From the NCBI GenBank assembly GCA_036785375.1, contig JAWMAR010000392.1, positions 1,364,001 through 1,428,000 of the forward strand: DNA of 64,000 bases, read 5' to 3'. The position numbers and the translations under genes were made by a program. The notes beneath the pieces were generated by a model, which saw nothing but the letters and a program-made list of their open reading frames with translations, made no database searches and was not told the origin of the DNA. Shown here piece after piece: positions 23,377 to 36,634 of the stretch (its first letter is position 1; each line of letters begins with the position of its first letter). The DNA is from Leucoraja ocellata. Taxonomy: Eukaryota.

Positions 23377-24655
23377 ACTGGTGCCCTCTTATTGGAAAGG
23401 ATGTTTCTTTAGACTCTAGAGATACAGTGTGGAAACAGACCCCTCAGCCCACTGAGTCCGCACCAACCAGCGATCACCCTGAACACTAGCACGATCCTAA
23501 GTAAGTAAGTAAGTTTATTGGCCAAGTATTCACATACAAGGAATTTGTCTTGGTGCTCCGCCCACAAGTAACAACATGACACAGTGACAGTTACGAATGA
23601 CTCAGAAAACATGAAACATTAATAATAATAAAACATGAATGATAAAACACCATTGATCAAGCATGTGAACCAACAAAATACCTGATCAAAGGGAGGCTAC
23701 AGATTTTTGGCTGTTGAGTAGAGCAACTACTCGTGGATAAAAACTGTTTTTATGTCTGGCTGTGGCAGCTTTGACAGTCCGGAGTTGCCTTCCAGAGGGA
23801 AGTGATTCAAAGAGTTTGTGCTACGCGCTAGGGGCAATTTATAATTTTGACTGAAGCCATTTAACCTACAAGTCCGCACATCTTTGGAGTGTGGGAGGAA
23901 TTTGGAGCACCCTAAGAAAATGCACACAGTCCCAGTGAGAACGTGCAAACTCCGTACAGAGAGCACTCCGAAATAAAAACGTGGGACCACTCAGCAGGTC
24001 AGGCAGCATCCATGGATATTGTAGATAGATAGCCCCCGAAACATATAGTAGACCAGTGATCACTGCTGCGCTGTGGACTGCAAGCTTTGTGCCAGGCCTG
24101 AGGTTTTCACCAGATCATGAGTCATTGGAGCAGAATTAGGCCATTGAGTCCATTTAGTCTGCTCTGCCATATATCTCCATTCTAATGGCATGGCCTTTAA
24201 TTCTGAGGCTGTGCCCTCTGGTCCTAGAATCTTCTCCACAATCACTCTGTCCAGGCCTTTTGACCTGAGATATCACATTTACGTTTCATATCCCTAAGTT
24301 TCCCTCCCTCCTGACTCTCGGTCTCAAGAAGAGTATGAGCAAAAGCATCAGCTATTCCTTTCCCCCAGAGATGCTGCCTGACCAGCTGAGTAACTCCAGC
24401 ATTAGTGATGAATGTTTTTTCTCAGTTCCCCAACACAGTTAAATACCGATTTGACCACTATCTAATTATTTGGAAATCTTGGTAGTTCGATGTGAGGCAG
24501 ATGCTGACTCCCACCCTCCCTCTCACACACTGGAGTCCTGTTGTCTTTTAAAGATTATCTATTTTTGCTGTGAAATGTATCATACATTGAATAATATCTT
24601 CAATACAAATATATTAAATGGATGCCAAAATACTATTTTCTATTGTCCAATGGGT

Positions 24656-24667
24656 AATAAAAATAAA
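24656..24667 (+). terminator. Candidate poly(A) signals (tandem AATAAA) of the class I gene
   Basis: AATAAA at 24656 and 24662 in an AT-rich unique island (about 24400-24740) downstream of the last exon. Position-based inference only. Confidence 0.35.
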
Positions 24668-25512
24668 CTATAATACAAATCGATTGAAAGGACATCAGAA
24701 TATTATTTGCTTCTCATCTTCAGTTTCGAAGAGTGATCTGGTTAGCGTACAGAGAAGATTTACGAGGATGTTGCCAGGACTTGAGTGGCTGGGCTATCGG
24801 GTAGAGGTTGAGCAGGCTGGGACTCAATTCCTTGGAGAGCAGGTGGATGAAGGGATATGGGTGTATAAAATCATGAGAGGAATAGATCGGGTAGATGCAC
24901 CGAGTCTCTCGCCCAGAGTCGGGGAATCGAGGTCCAGAGGATATTGGTTTGAGGTGAACAGAGGAACAGGAATCTGATGGGTAACTTTTCCCACACAAAG
25001 GGTGGTGAGTGTATGGAATGAGGTGCCAGAGGAGGTAGTTGAGGCAGGGACTATCCCAACATTTAAGAAACAGTTAGACTGGTAACCATATAACAATTAC
25101 AGCACGGAAACAGGCCATCTCGGCCCTACAAGTCCGTGCCGAACAAATTTTTTTCCCCTTAGTCCCACCTGCCTGCACTCATACCATAACCCTCCATTCC
25201 CTTCTCATCCATATGCCTATCCAATTTATTTTTAAATGATACCAATGAACCTGCCTCCACCACTTCCACTGGAAGCTCATTCCACACCGCTACCACTCTC
25301 TGAGTAAAGAAGTTCCCCCTCATATTACCCCTCATATTACCCCTAAACTTCTGTCCCTTAATTCTGAAGTCATGTCCTCTTGTTTGAATCTTCCTATTCT
25401 CAAAGGGAAAAGCTTGTCCACATCAAACTCGGTCTATCCCTCTCATCATTTTAAAGACCTCTATCAAGTCCCCCCATGGTACATCGATAGGACATGTTTG
25501 GAGGGATATGGA

Positions 25513-25779
25513 CAGGGGCGGATTAACCATTAAGCAGACTAAGCACGTGCTTAGGGCACCAGGGCCAAAGGGGGCACCACAAAGTTGGGAAAAGGGTGAA
25601 AAGAAAAAACCAAATGAAGATTTGTAAAAAAAAAAAGAAATGTTTGTACTGCTGCAACCTGCATTGTATATCTGGTCAGACAGGTCAACAACTAAAATGG
25701 ACTGGATCAGTGTGGAAAGGAGGGGGGCACCAAGATTTGTCAGTGCTTAGGGCACCAGCGAGCCTTTATTCCGCCCCTG
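25513..25779. mobile_element. hAT MITE (267 bp)
   Basis: TIR CAGGGGCGGA/TCCGCCCCTG; 8-bp TSD GATATGGA. Confidence 0.9.
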
Positions 25780-28337
25780 GATATGGACCAAACACAGGTA
25801 GATGGGACTAGTGTAGCTGGGACATGTTGGGCGAAGGGCCTGTTTCCACTCTGTAAGACTCTAAAACAGACTAGACTTACAGAGACACAAGGCAGGGCAG
25901 ATGCTGGAATCTTGAGCAAAAGCACAAAGTGGGTGTGGAACTCAGTGGCATCTACGGGGGTGGGGGGAAATGAACAGGCAATGGTTCAGATTGTGGCCTT
26001 CTTTGGTATAGAGTATGGCAAGTTAAACCATATAACCATATAACAATTACAGTACGGAAACAGGCCATCTCGACCCTTCTAGTCCGTGCCGAACACATAA
26101 TCTCCCTAGTCCCATATACCTGCGCTCACACCATAACCCTCCATTCCCTTCCCATCCATATAACTATCCAATTTATTTTTAATTGATAAACGAACCTGCC
26201 TCCACCACCTTCACTGGAAGCTCATTCCACACAGCTACCACTCTCTGAGTAAAGAAGTTCCCCCTCATGTTACCCCTAAACTTCAGTCCCTTAATTCTCA
26301 TGTCATGTCCCCTTGTTTGAATCTTCCCTACTCTCAGTGGGAAAAGCTTTTCCACGTCAACTCTGTCTATCCCTCTCATCATTTTAAAAACCTCTATCAA
26401 GTCCCCCCTTAACCTTCTGCGCTCCAAAGAATAAAGCCCTAACTTGTTCAACCTTTCTCTGTAACTTAGTTGCTGAAACCCAGGCAACATTCTAGTAAAT
26501 CTCCTCTGTACTCTCACTATTTTGTTGACATCCTTCCTATAATTAGGCGACCAAAACTGTACACCATACTCCAGAATTGGCCTCACCAATGCCTTGTACA
26601 ATTTTAACATTACATCCCAACTTCTATACTCAATGCTCTGGGGCAAGTGTGACTTTCACAAGCTGGACAGCTTGCACCTGGACAATCTCCAGTCATTCGA
26701 CTCTTGCCTCTCCTCCATAGTTCCCCTTTTATTCCCCTGCTCCCCTTCCCGCTCCATCCCCTTCCACCTGCATCCCTCCCTCCAGCTTACAATTCACCTC
26801 TCCTTTCAGAGCATCGCAGTGGCGCATCTGGTAGAGGCCTTGCTTCCTTGTGTCATGGACACAGTTTTGATCCTGATTTTGGGTGCTGTCTGTGCAGAGT
26901 TTGCACGTTCTCTGTCTGACCATGTGGGATTTCCCTCCGTGCCTCGGTTTCCTCCCACATTCCAAAGACAGGCGAGTTTGTAGGTAGACAAAAAAGCTGG
27001 AGAAACTCAGCGGGTGCGGCAGCATCTATGGAGCGAATGAAATATAACCATATAACCATATAACAATTACAGCACGGAAACAGGCCATCTCGGCCCTACA
27101 AGTCCATGCCGAACAAAAATTTTTTCCCCTTAGTCCCACCTGCCTGCACTCATACCATAACCCTCCATTCTCTTCTCATCCATATGCCTATCCAAATTTA
27201 TTTTTAAATGATACCAATGAACCTGCCTCCACCACTTCCACTGGGAGCTCATTCCACACCGCCACCACTCTCTGAGTAAAGAAGTTCCCCCTCATATTAC
27301 CCCTAAACTTCTGTCCCTTAATTCTGAAGTCATGTCCTCTTGTTTGAATCTTCCCTATTCTCAAAGGGAAAAGCTTGTCCACATCAACTCTGTCTATCCC
27401 TCTCATCATTTTAAGACCTCTATCAGGTCCCCCCTTAACCTTCTGCGCTCCAGAGAATAAAGGTAAATAGGCAATGTTTCGGGCCAAAACGTTTCTTCTG
27501 ACTGAGTCTGAAGAAGGGTTTCGGCCCGAAACGTTGCCTATTTCCTTCGCTCCATAGATGCTGCCGCACCCGCTGAGTTCTCCAGCACTTTTGTCTACCT
27601 TCGACTTTCCAGCATCTGCAGTTCCTTCTTGAACAGTTTGTAGGTCAATTACCCCGAGTGGGATAGGATAGAACTTGTGTGAACTGGTGATCAGTGGTTG
27701 GCGTGAACTTGTTGGGCCGAAGGGCAGTTTTCCACGCTAATCTCGTAAATCTTTTTCTGTCATCTCACAACTTGTCTATTACGTTTCACCTCTAGCCTTT
27801 GCCACTTGCTCCACCCATCTCCCCCTCACCTGTATCCACCTATTCACTTTTCATGTTTTGTTCCACCCCATCTGTCTTTTCCAGCTTTCTCCCCCCTACT
27901 CCTATCAGGCTGAAGAAGGATCCTGACTCGAAACGTTGTCCACCATTCCTTCCACAGTTGCTGCCTGAATCATGCAGTTCCTCCAGCACTTTGTGCTTTG
28001 CTCGGGATTCCAGCATCTGCAGTTCCTTGTGTCTACAACTGAACTGAAATTGAACCAACATCCTTACCGAAATTTCCCCTGTGCTGCTTGGGGAGGTGTA
28101 AGCTATTTTGACCATAACACCATAAGATATAGGAGCAGAATGAGGCCATTCAGCCCATCGAGTATTTTCCCGCCATTCTCCTCCATCATGGCTGATCTTT
28201 CCCTCTATATTCTACTTCCATCTCCCTGTAACCATTCATGCCCTGTCTGAATAAGAACCTATCATTTCCGCTTTAAAAATATCCAATAACGGCCGCCTCA
28301 GCCACCTATGATAATTAATTCCTCAGATTCTGAGATT

Positions 28338-28953
28338 TTGAGTATAGAAGTTGGGATGTAATGTTAAAATTGTACAAGGCATTGGTGAGGCCAATTCTGG
28401 AGTATGGTGTACAATTTTGGTCGCCTAATTATAGGAAGGATGTCAACAAAATAGAGAGAGTACAGAGGAGATTTACTAGAATGTTGCCTGGGTTTCAGCA
28501 ACTAAGTTATAGAGAAAGGTTAAACAAGTTAGGGCTTTATTCTTTGGAGCGCAGAAGGTTAAGGGGGGACTTGATAGAGGTTTTTAAAATGATGAGAGGG
28601 ATAGACAGAGTTGACGTGGAAAAGCTTTTCCCACTGAGAGTAGGGAAGATTCAAACAAGGGGACATGACATGAGAATTAAGGGACTGAAGCTTAGGGGTA
28701 ACATGAGGGGGAACTTCTTTACTCAGAGAGTGGTAGCTGTGTGGAATGAGCTTCCAGTGAAGGTGGTGGAGGCAGGTTCGTTTTTATCATTTAAAAATAA
28801 ATTGGATAGTTATATGGATGGGAAGGGAATGGAGGGTTATGGTCTGAGCGCAGGTATATGGGACTAGGGGAGATTATGTGTTCGGCACGGACTAGAAGGG
28901 TCGAGATGGCCTGTTTCCGTGCTGTAATTGTTATATGGTTATATGGTTATATG
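28338..28953 (+). mobile_element. CR1-A2 copy
   Basis: ORF 28361-28867; TGAGTAT at both junctions. Confidence 0.95.
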
Positions 28954-29340
28954 AGTATGACTGTCCTCTCGTGGAGGATGTCTGTGCGTGACTTTGTTTA
29001 ACGTGGGGAGACTGGTGCACAGACAGCCAACACATGGTCCTTGACAGATCTGGGTCAGGATCCAGTGGCGTGGAGTCCAGACGACCGGAGACCCTTTTCA
29101 GCTGCAGCCTTCATCTGCCTTCCCAGCTGTTATGACGTTAGCTCCACTAAGGTCAGCCATCGTCCTCCGCCTGTTCCACCGTTGAGGTCTTGGTTGGATT
29201 GCTCTATGTCAGAGACCACCCCCCTCGACCTTACCGCCATGGGTGACCCTACCAGGAGCATAGCTCCAGACGGCATCGCTCTCAGGATCCCAGGACCACA
29301 CAAGCATCTCCACCACGCCAAGGTGACAATCCACAGAGAT
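28954..29340 (-). mobile_element. Short non-autonomous RTE (Expander/Rex3-like 5' end)
   Basis: Minus strand GTCACCTTGGCGTGGTGGAGA...GATCCTGAGAGC...GCTCCTGGTAGGGTCACCCATGGC resembles Expander-type RTE 5' UTRs (recalled similarity, not searched). Confidence 0.6.
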
Positions 29341-29649
29341 ATATTCCTAATATACCCCCACCAGCGTCTGATAAAACCTCAGCATTTGCTCCTTACTTTT
29401 ATATTCTAGTCCCCTTGAAATAAATTTGCCTTTCCTACCACTATCTCAACCTGGAAAGTAGTCTAAAGAAGGGTTTTGGCCTGAAACGTTGCCTATTTCC
29501 TTCGCTCCATAGATGCTGCTGCACCCGCTGAGTTTCTCCAGCATTTTTGTCTATCTTCGATTTTCCAGCATCTGCAGTTCCTTCTTAAACACCGGAAATT
29601 AATCTTTCAGGAACCCTGCACCAGCACTCTCAAGTCCCTTTGCCTCTCT

Positions 29650-30130
29650 GATTTATTTATTAATAACTTTATTTTTGGTTTTCAAGTTATAAACACAAAT
29701 TTACGCAGAACATCAACAAACAGTACAGAACAGTACAAAACGTATATACCCCCCTCCCCATCCTCGTCCCAAAAACTAGAAAGAGATACTTTTTTTTTAA
29801 GTCAGAGTCTTGTGTTCAACAGCAGCATACACATATGAATAAATGATTATGTTTGCGCAGACAATATTTTCAGTTAAAGGAAAAATCTGTAATAAGATCT
29901 ATAAAAGGGTTCCAGGTCAGAGCAAGGTTTCTGCGGGCGTTGCACAGTTTCTACCTGATCTTTTCCCAAGGGTTAAAAGGAGAGCACCTCCTTTAACCAC
30001 TGCAAAAATGATCTAGCTTGTTTTGACTTCCAGTTGAAAAGAATACAAGCAATGCTTGTAAATTTGTAAGCTTACAGTTTGGGGGTGATATTCCAAAGAT
30101 AGCTGTTAAAACAGTTTGGTACAACAGGAA
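29650..30130 (-). mobile_element. Degenerate L1 3' fragment
   Basis: Minus-strand remnants LTAIFGIS...CILFNWKS...LGKIR...TWNPFI, then a GT-rich UTR and an A-rich end. Confidence 0.6.
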
Positions 30131-30425
30131 ACAAAGAGAGAAGAATGGATTTCTTGTACAAATTATATGGTAAGTAAATTTCTTTGAGCTGTATGTTTTT
30201 TTATACTTTATTAAGAGATAGGACGATTGAAGACAAATTTCTTGATAAAATTGGAGATAACAATCTGCGCATGCGCGGTTTGCAAGATTTTTAAAAGCCA
30301 CTGCCTACCCTGACTAACTACTCTCGCTACGTGCCTGATCTTGCTGTACTGCAATGCATTTGCCACTTCTTTGGCCACTCTCCCACTTTGTCCAAGTCCT
30401 TCTGCAGCCTCCCTGCTTCCTCATC

Positions 30426-31563
30426 TCATTGGGGGTTCAGTATTGATGTGGATAGAGAACTGGCTGGCAAACAGGAAGCAAAGAGTAGGAGTAAACGGGT
30501 CCTTTTCACAATGGCAGGCAGTGACTAGTGGGGTACCGCAAGGCTCAGTGCTGGGACCCCAGCTATTTACAATATATATTAATGATCTGGATGAGGGAAT
30601 TGAAGGCAATATCTCCAAGTTTGCGGATGACACTAAGCTGGCGGGCAGTGTTAGCTGTGAGGAGGATGCTAGGAGACTGCAAGGTGACTTGGATAGGCTG
30701 GGTGAGTGGGCAAATGTTTGGCAGATGCAGTATAATGTGGATAAATGTGAGGTTATCCATTTTGGTGGCAAAAACGGGAAAGCAGACTATTATCTAAATG
30801 GTGGCCGATTGGGAAAGGGGTAGATGCAGCGAGACCTGGGTGTCATGGTACACCAGTCATTGAAGGTAGGCATGCAGGTGCAGCAGGCAGTAAAGAAAGC
30901 GAATGGTATGTTGGCTTTCATAGCAAGAGGATTTGAGTATAGGAGCAGGGAGGTTCTAGTGCAGTTGTACAGGGTCTTGGTGAGACCACACCTGGAGTAT
31001 TGCGTGCAGTTTTGGTCTCCAAATCTGAGGAAGGACATTATTGCCATAGAGGGAGTGCAGAGAAGGTTCACCAGACTGATTCCTGGGATGTCAGGACTGT
31101 CTTATGAAGAAAGACTGGATAGACTTGGTTTATACTCTCTAGAATTTAGGAGATTGAGAGGGGATCTTATAGAAACTTACAAAATTCTTAAGGGGTTGGA
31201 CAGGCTAGATGCAGGAAGATTGTTCCCGATGTTGGGAAAGTCCAGGACAAGGGGTCACAGCTTAAGGATAAGGGGGAAATCCTTTAGAACTGAGATGAGG
31301 AAAACTTTTTTCACACAGAGAGTGGTGAATCTCTGGAACTCTCTGCCACAGAGGGTAGTTGAGGCCAGTTCATTGGCTATATTTAAGAGGGAGTTAGATG
31401 TGGCCCTTGTGGCCAAGGGGATCAGAGGGTATGGAGAGAAGGCAGGTACGGGATACTGAGTTGGATGATCAGCCATGATCATATTGAATGGCGGTGCAGG
31501 CTCGAAGGGCCGAATGGCCTACTCCTGCACCTAATTTCTATGTTCTATGTTTCTATGTTTCTA
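30426..31563 (+). mobile_element. Long CR1-B copy including RT core (in-frame stop at 30821)
   Basis: SGVPQGSVLGPQLFTIYINDL...FADDTKL; ORFs 30341-30823 and 30824-31459 are in the same frame. Confidence 0.96.
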
Positions 31564-31671
31564 TACCAAGTGCTGGAGTAACTCAGCAGCATCAATGGAG
31601 GGAATGGCTCCATGTTCGACAGAGATGCTGCCTAAATAGTGAGTTATTCCAGCACTTTGTCTGTAAACTAA

Positions 31672-32030
31672 GGTAGACAAAATAGCTGGAGAAACTCAGC
31701 GGGTGCAGCAGCATCTATGGAGCGAAGGAAATAGGCAACGTTTCGGGTCGAAACCCTTCTTCAGACCGGTACCACAAATGTCTTTAAACTATTCAGTGTT
31801 CAAGAAGGAACTGCAGATGCTGGAAGATCGAAGGTACACAAAAATGCTGGAGAAACTCAGCGGGTGCAGCAGCATCTATGGAGTGAAGGAAATAGGTGAC
31901 ATTTCGGGCCAAAACCCTTCTTCAGACTGATCAGTCTGAAGAAGGGTTTCGGCCCGAAACATCGCCTATTTCCTTCGCTCCATAGATGCTGCTGCACCCG
32001 CTGAGATTCTCCAGCATTTTTGTGTACCTT
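31672..32030. repeat. Cluster of Penelope 3'-end repeats with a palindrome of about 195 bp centred on TGATCA (31928-31933)
   Basis: Arms 31835-31930 and 31931-32030 are reverse complements with few mismatches; each carries the hammerhead motif. Confidence 0.88.
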
Positions 32031-32269
32031 GTCTTTAAACTAATTTGGCAAGGGAATGGGGCACAGAGTGCTGGAGGGGTAGAGGGGGAGGGGTTAACAG
32101 GAAGCACAGTCAGTAATTGCAGGGACACTAATTCAGTCCAGTCAGCAGAGCGAACATGGGTGTGGTGAAGCAAGGGGGTGGGGAATGTAAGGCTAAATCC
32201 CAGTCATTTTAATGCAAGGTGTCTAACAGGTAAGGTAGATTAATTTGGGCCTCGATCAACACAAAGGAC

Positions 32270-33040
32270 TAGTCAAGTCAAGTCAAGTCAAGTCACATTT
32301 ATTTATATAGCACATTTAAAAAACAACCCTCGTTGACCAAAGTGCTTCACATTTGTTATAAGAACAGTATAAACAAGCAAACTACGTACATATATACGAA
32401 TAGCCCTCAGAGGACGTCAGGAAAGGCTTGGGAGTACAGATGAGTTTTAAGTCTAGACTTAAAGGAGTTGATGGAGGGGGCAGTTCAGATGGGAAGGGGG
32501 GATGCTGTTCCACAGTCTAGGGGCTGCAACCGCAAAGGCAGGGTCTCCCCTGAGTTTATGCCTAGACCGCGGGATATTCAGCAACCCAGAGTCGGCCGAT
32601 CTGAGGGACCTGGAGGTGGTGTAGTGGGTGAGAAGACTTTTAATATAGGTGGGTGCAAGCCCATTGAGGGCTTTGTAGTCAAAGAGGAGGGTCTTGAAAT
32701 GTATTCTGAACCGCACAGGGAACCAGTAGAGAGGCCAGGGTCGGGGTGATGTGGTCCCTTTTTCGGGTGCCCGTCAGGAGTCTCACTGCGGCGTTTTGGA
32801 CCAGTTGCAGGCGTGACGGGGAAGATTGGCTGATGCCAGTGTAGAGGGAGTTGCAGTAATCTAGGCGGGAGGAGATAAATGTGTGGATGATCTTTTCCAG
32901 GTCATCAGACTGGAGGAATTGTTATATTTTAGCTATTGTCTGAAGCTGAAAGAAGCTAGCTTTTACCACGGCATTGACTTGTTTGTCAAATTTCAATGCC
33001 GAGTCAAATATCACAGCAAGGTTTTTGACGTGAGGTTTGA
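32270..33040 (-). mobile_element. L2 LINE 3' fragment with (TGACT)n tail
   Basis: RIHFKTLLF.YKALNGLAPTYI...RSLRS...AFAVAAPRLWNSIP and VKNLAVIFDSAL.FDKQV. Confidence 0.88.
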
Positions 33041-34182
33041 CTATGACGTCGTTGCTATCAAGGAGACATGGCTGGGTGTTGGGCAGGACTGGCAGCTCGA
33101 CATTCCACTCTTCAGGCATGTTGAGAGTGCTGGTGGAGGCAGATAATGACATTTAAGAGGCTTTTAGACAACTGCCTGAAAATGCAGTGAACATGGAGAG
33201 ATATAACCATATAACCATATAACAATTACAGCACGGAAACAGGCCATCTCGACCCTTCTAGTCCGTGCCGAACACATAATCTCCCCTAGTCCCATATACC
33301 TGCGCTCAGACCATAACCCTCCATTCCCTTCCCATCCATATAACTATCCAATTTATTTTTAAAAGATAAAAACGGACCTGCCTCCACCACCTTCACTGGA
33401 AGCTCATTCCACACAGCTACCACTCTCTGAGTAAAGAAGTTCCCCCTCATGTTACCCCTAAACTTCAGTCCCTTAATTCTCATGTCATGTCCCCTTGTTT
33501 GAATCTTCCCTACTCTCAATGGGAAAAGCTTTTCCACGTCAACTCTGTCTATCCCTCTCATCATTTTAAAAACCTCTATCAAGTCCCCCCTTAACCTTCT
33601 GCGCTCCAAAGAATAAAGCCCTAACTTGTTCAACCTTCAACCTTTCTCTGTAACTACGGACATAAGGTCATATGGAGCACTTGCCGCCAGAGGGAGAAGG
33701 GACATGATAAAATAAGGAAGTATTGATGTTTTTGTAGGTTTACAGATGAATAGTCCCCCATACCTTTTAAGATTTATCACCGGCTGCTTTAGATTTTAGA
33801 CTTTAGAGATACCACACGGAAACAGGCCCTTTGGCCAACCGAGTCCATGCCGACCAGCAATCGTACTCTAGCACTATTGCACACACTAGGGACAATTTAC
33901 AATTTTACCGAAGCCCATTAACCTACAAACTTGTGCGTCTTTGGTTTGTGGGAGGAAACCAGAGCACCCAGAGAAAACCCACTCGGTCACAGGGAGAAGG
34001 TACAAACTCCATATGGACAGAACCCGTAGTTAGAATCGCATGCGGGTTTCTGCCGGTGCAAAGCATCAACTCTACCACTGAGCCACTTGGCCGACTCTTG
34101 CCTCTAATGTCCTGCTATGGGAGGCAAGGGAAGAGACAGTAATTTATGAGTCTTTAAGAAACAAGGTATTGCAGTCCTTGCA

Positions 34183-34615
34183 GACCAAGCTGACCTCCCG
34201 GTGGCTCAGCACCTCAACTCCCCCTCCCACTCCGTCTCCGACCTCTCTGTCCTGGGTCTCCTCCATGGCCACAGCGAGCAGCACCGGAAATTGGATGAAC
34301 AGCACCTCATATTCCGTTTGGGGAGTCTGCATCCCGGGGGCATGAACATCGAATTCTCCCAATTTTGTTAGTCCTTGCTGTCTCCTCCCCTTCCTCAGCC
34401 CCCCTGCTGTCTCCTCCCATCCCCCAGCCTTCGGGCTCCTCCTTTTTCCTTTCTTGTCCCCGCCCACCCCCACCCCCCGATCAGTCTGAAGAAGGGTTTC
34501 GGCCCGAAACGTTGCCTATTTCCTTCGCTCCATAGATGCTGCTGCACCCGCTGAGTTTCTCCAGCTTTTTTGTGTACCTTCGATTCTCCAGCATCTGCAG
34601 TTCCTTCTTAAACAC
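34183..34615 (+). mobile_element. Penelope GIY-YIG C-terminal fragment plus hammerhead-bearing 3' end; related copy at 46225-46655 (-)
   Basis: Near-identical to 4121-4546. Confidence 0.9.
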
Positions 34616-35581
34616 AAGAGGGATTGTGTCGCTGGATTACAATAAAAGAACTACAAAGCACTGGAGTAAATCAGCAGGTCTGGACACATCTGTCGAGAAC
34701 ACCTTTGTTGGCAAAGGTACCAGAGATTGGAAGATGCCTCTCTCACCTTAAAGCCATGTCATAAGGTCTTAACTTGTAGGAGTAGAAGTAGTTCTGTGGC
34801 AATGAATTCCACAGATTCACCAACCTCCGACTGCAGAAATTGCTCTTCATCTCCTTCCTAAAAGAACGTACTTTAATTCTGAGGCCTTGACCCTCTGGTC
34901 CTAGACTCTCCCACTAGTGGAAACTTCCTCTCCACATCCACTCTATCCAAGCCTTTCACTATTCTGTACATTCTTCTCATCATATGGATAGATAGCCTTT
35001 TATTGTCATTCAGACCGAAGTCTGAACGAAATTGCAGCAGTCATACATATAATACAATACAATAAAACAACAATAAACACATATTAACATCCACCACAGT
35101 GAGTCCACCCAGCATCTCCTCGCTGTGATGGAGGCAAAAGTCTTAGGTCTGCAGTCTCTTCCCTCCTCTTCTCCTTCTACCCCAGCGCAGAGGGAGAAGA
35201 GGAGGGAAGAGACTGCAGACCTAAGACTTTTGCCTCCATCACAGTGAGGAGATTCCTTCTAAACTCCAGCGAATACAGGCCCAGTGCCGACAAACGCTCA
35301 CCATAGGTTAACCTACTAATTCCTGGGATCATTCTTGTAAACCTCCTCTGGACCCACTCCAGAGCCAGCACATCCTTCCTCAGATATGGTGCCCAAAATT
35401 GCTCACAATATTGCAAATGCAGCCTGGCCAGTGCCTTATAGAGGATCAGCATTACATCCCTGATTTTGTAAACAAGCCCTCCTGAAATAAATGCTAGCGT
35501 TGAGTTTGCTTTCTGTACAGCTGATGTCCTCTAGTGTTTGAAATTTCACACTGGGGAAAAGGTTTAGACTGTCTCCCTTAT

Positions 35582-36200
35582 GGAGCAGAGAGGTTCTACT
35601 GCAGTTGTACAGGGTCTTGGTGAGACCACACCTGGAGTATTGCGTACAGTTTTGGTCTCCAAATCTGAGGAAGGACATTATTGCCATAGAGGGAGTGCAG
35701 AGACGGTTCACCAGACTGATTCCTGGGATGTCAGGACTGTCTTATGAAGAAACACTGGATAGACTTGGTTTATACTCTCTAGAATTTAGGAGATTGAGAG
35801 GGGATCTTATAGAAACTTACAAAATTCTTAAGGGGTTGGACAGGCTAGATGCAGGAAGATTGTTCCCGATGTTGGGGAAGTCCAGGACAAGGGGTCACAG
35901 CTTAAGGATAAAGGGGAAATCCTTTAAAACCGAGATGAGAAGAACTTTTTTCACGCAGAGAGTGGTGAATCTCTGGAACTCTCTGCCACAGAGGGTAGTT
36001 GAGGCCAGTTCATTGGCTATATTTAAGAGGGAGTTAGATGTGGCCCTTGTGGCTAAGGGGATCAGGGGGTATGGAGAGAAGGCAGGTACGGGATACTGAG
36101 TTGGATGATCAGCCATGATCATATTGAATGGCGGTGCAGGCTAGAAGGGCCGAATGGCCTACTCCTGCACCTAATTTCTATGTTTCTATGTTTCTATGTT
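35582..36200 (+). mobile_element. CR1-B copy
   Basis: ORF 35605-36099; family B tail. Confidence 0.95.
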
Positions 36201-36634
36201 ATCTAGAACATAGTATAATACAGCAAAGTAACAGGCCCTTTGGCCCACAATGTCTGTGCTCAGCATGATACTGGGGGTGGGAGATTGCAACCTTCACATG
36301 GTCCGCCCTGTTTCGATGAAAACGGTGTGCACAATCAAATTAGATCAAGTAGAACAAACCTGCACGTCTTTGGAGTGTGGGAGGAAACTGAAGATCTCAG
36401 AGAAACCCCACGCAGGTCACGGGGAGAACGTACAAACTGCGTACAGACCGCATCACGATGGAACCCGGGTCTGTGGCCGCGACGCCACCGTGCCGCCCAG
36501 AACAATCCAGCATTTTGTGGGTTATTTTTGGCATAAACAGCATCTGCATTTCCTTGTTCCTGGTCTCTGGTGCTGTGTGACAGTGGCTCTACCAGCTGCG
36601 CCTGTTGAAATTGTTGAGTGTGTTCTTGCATCTT

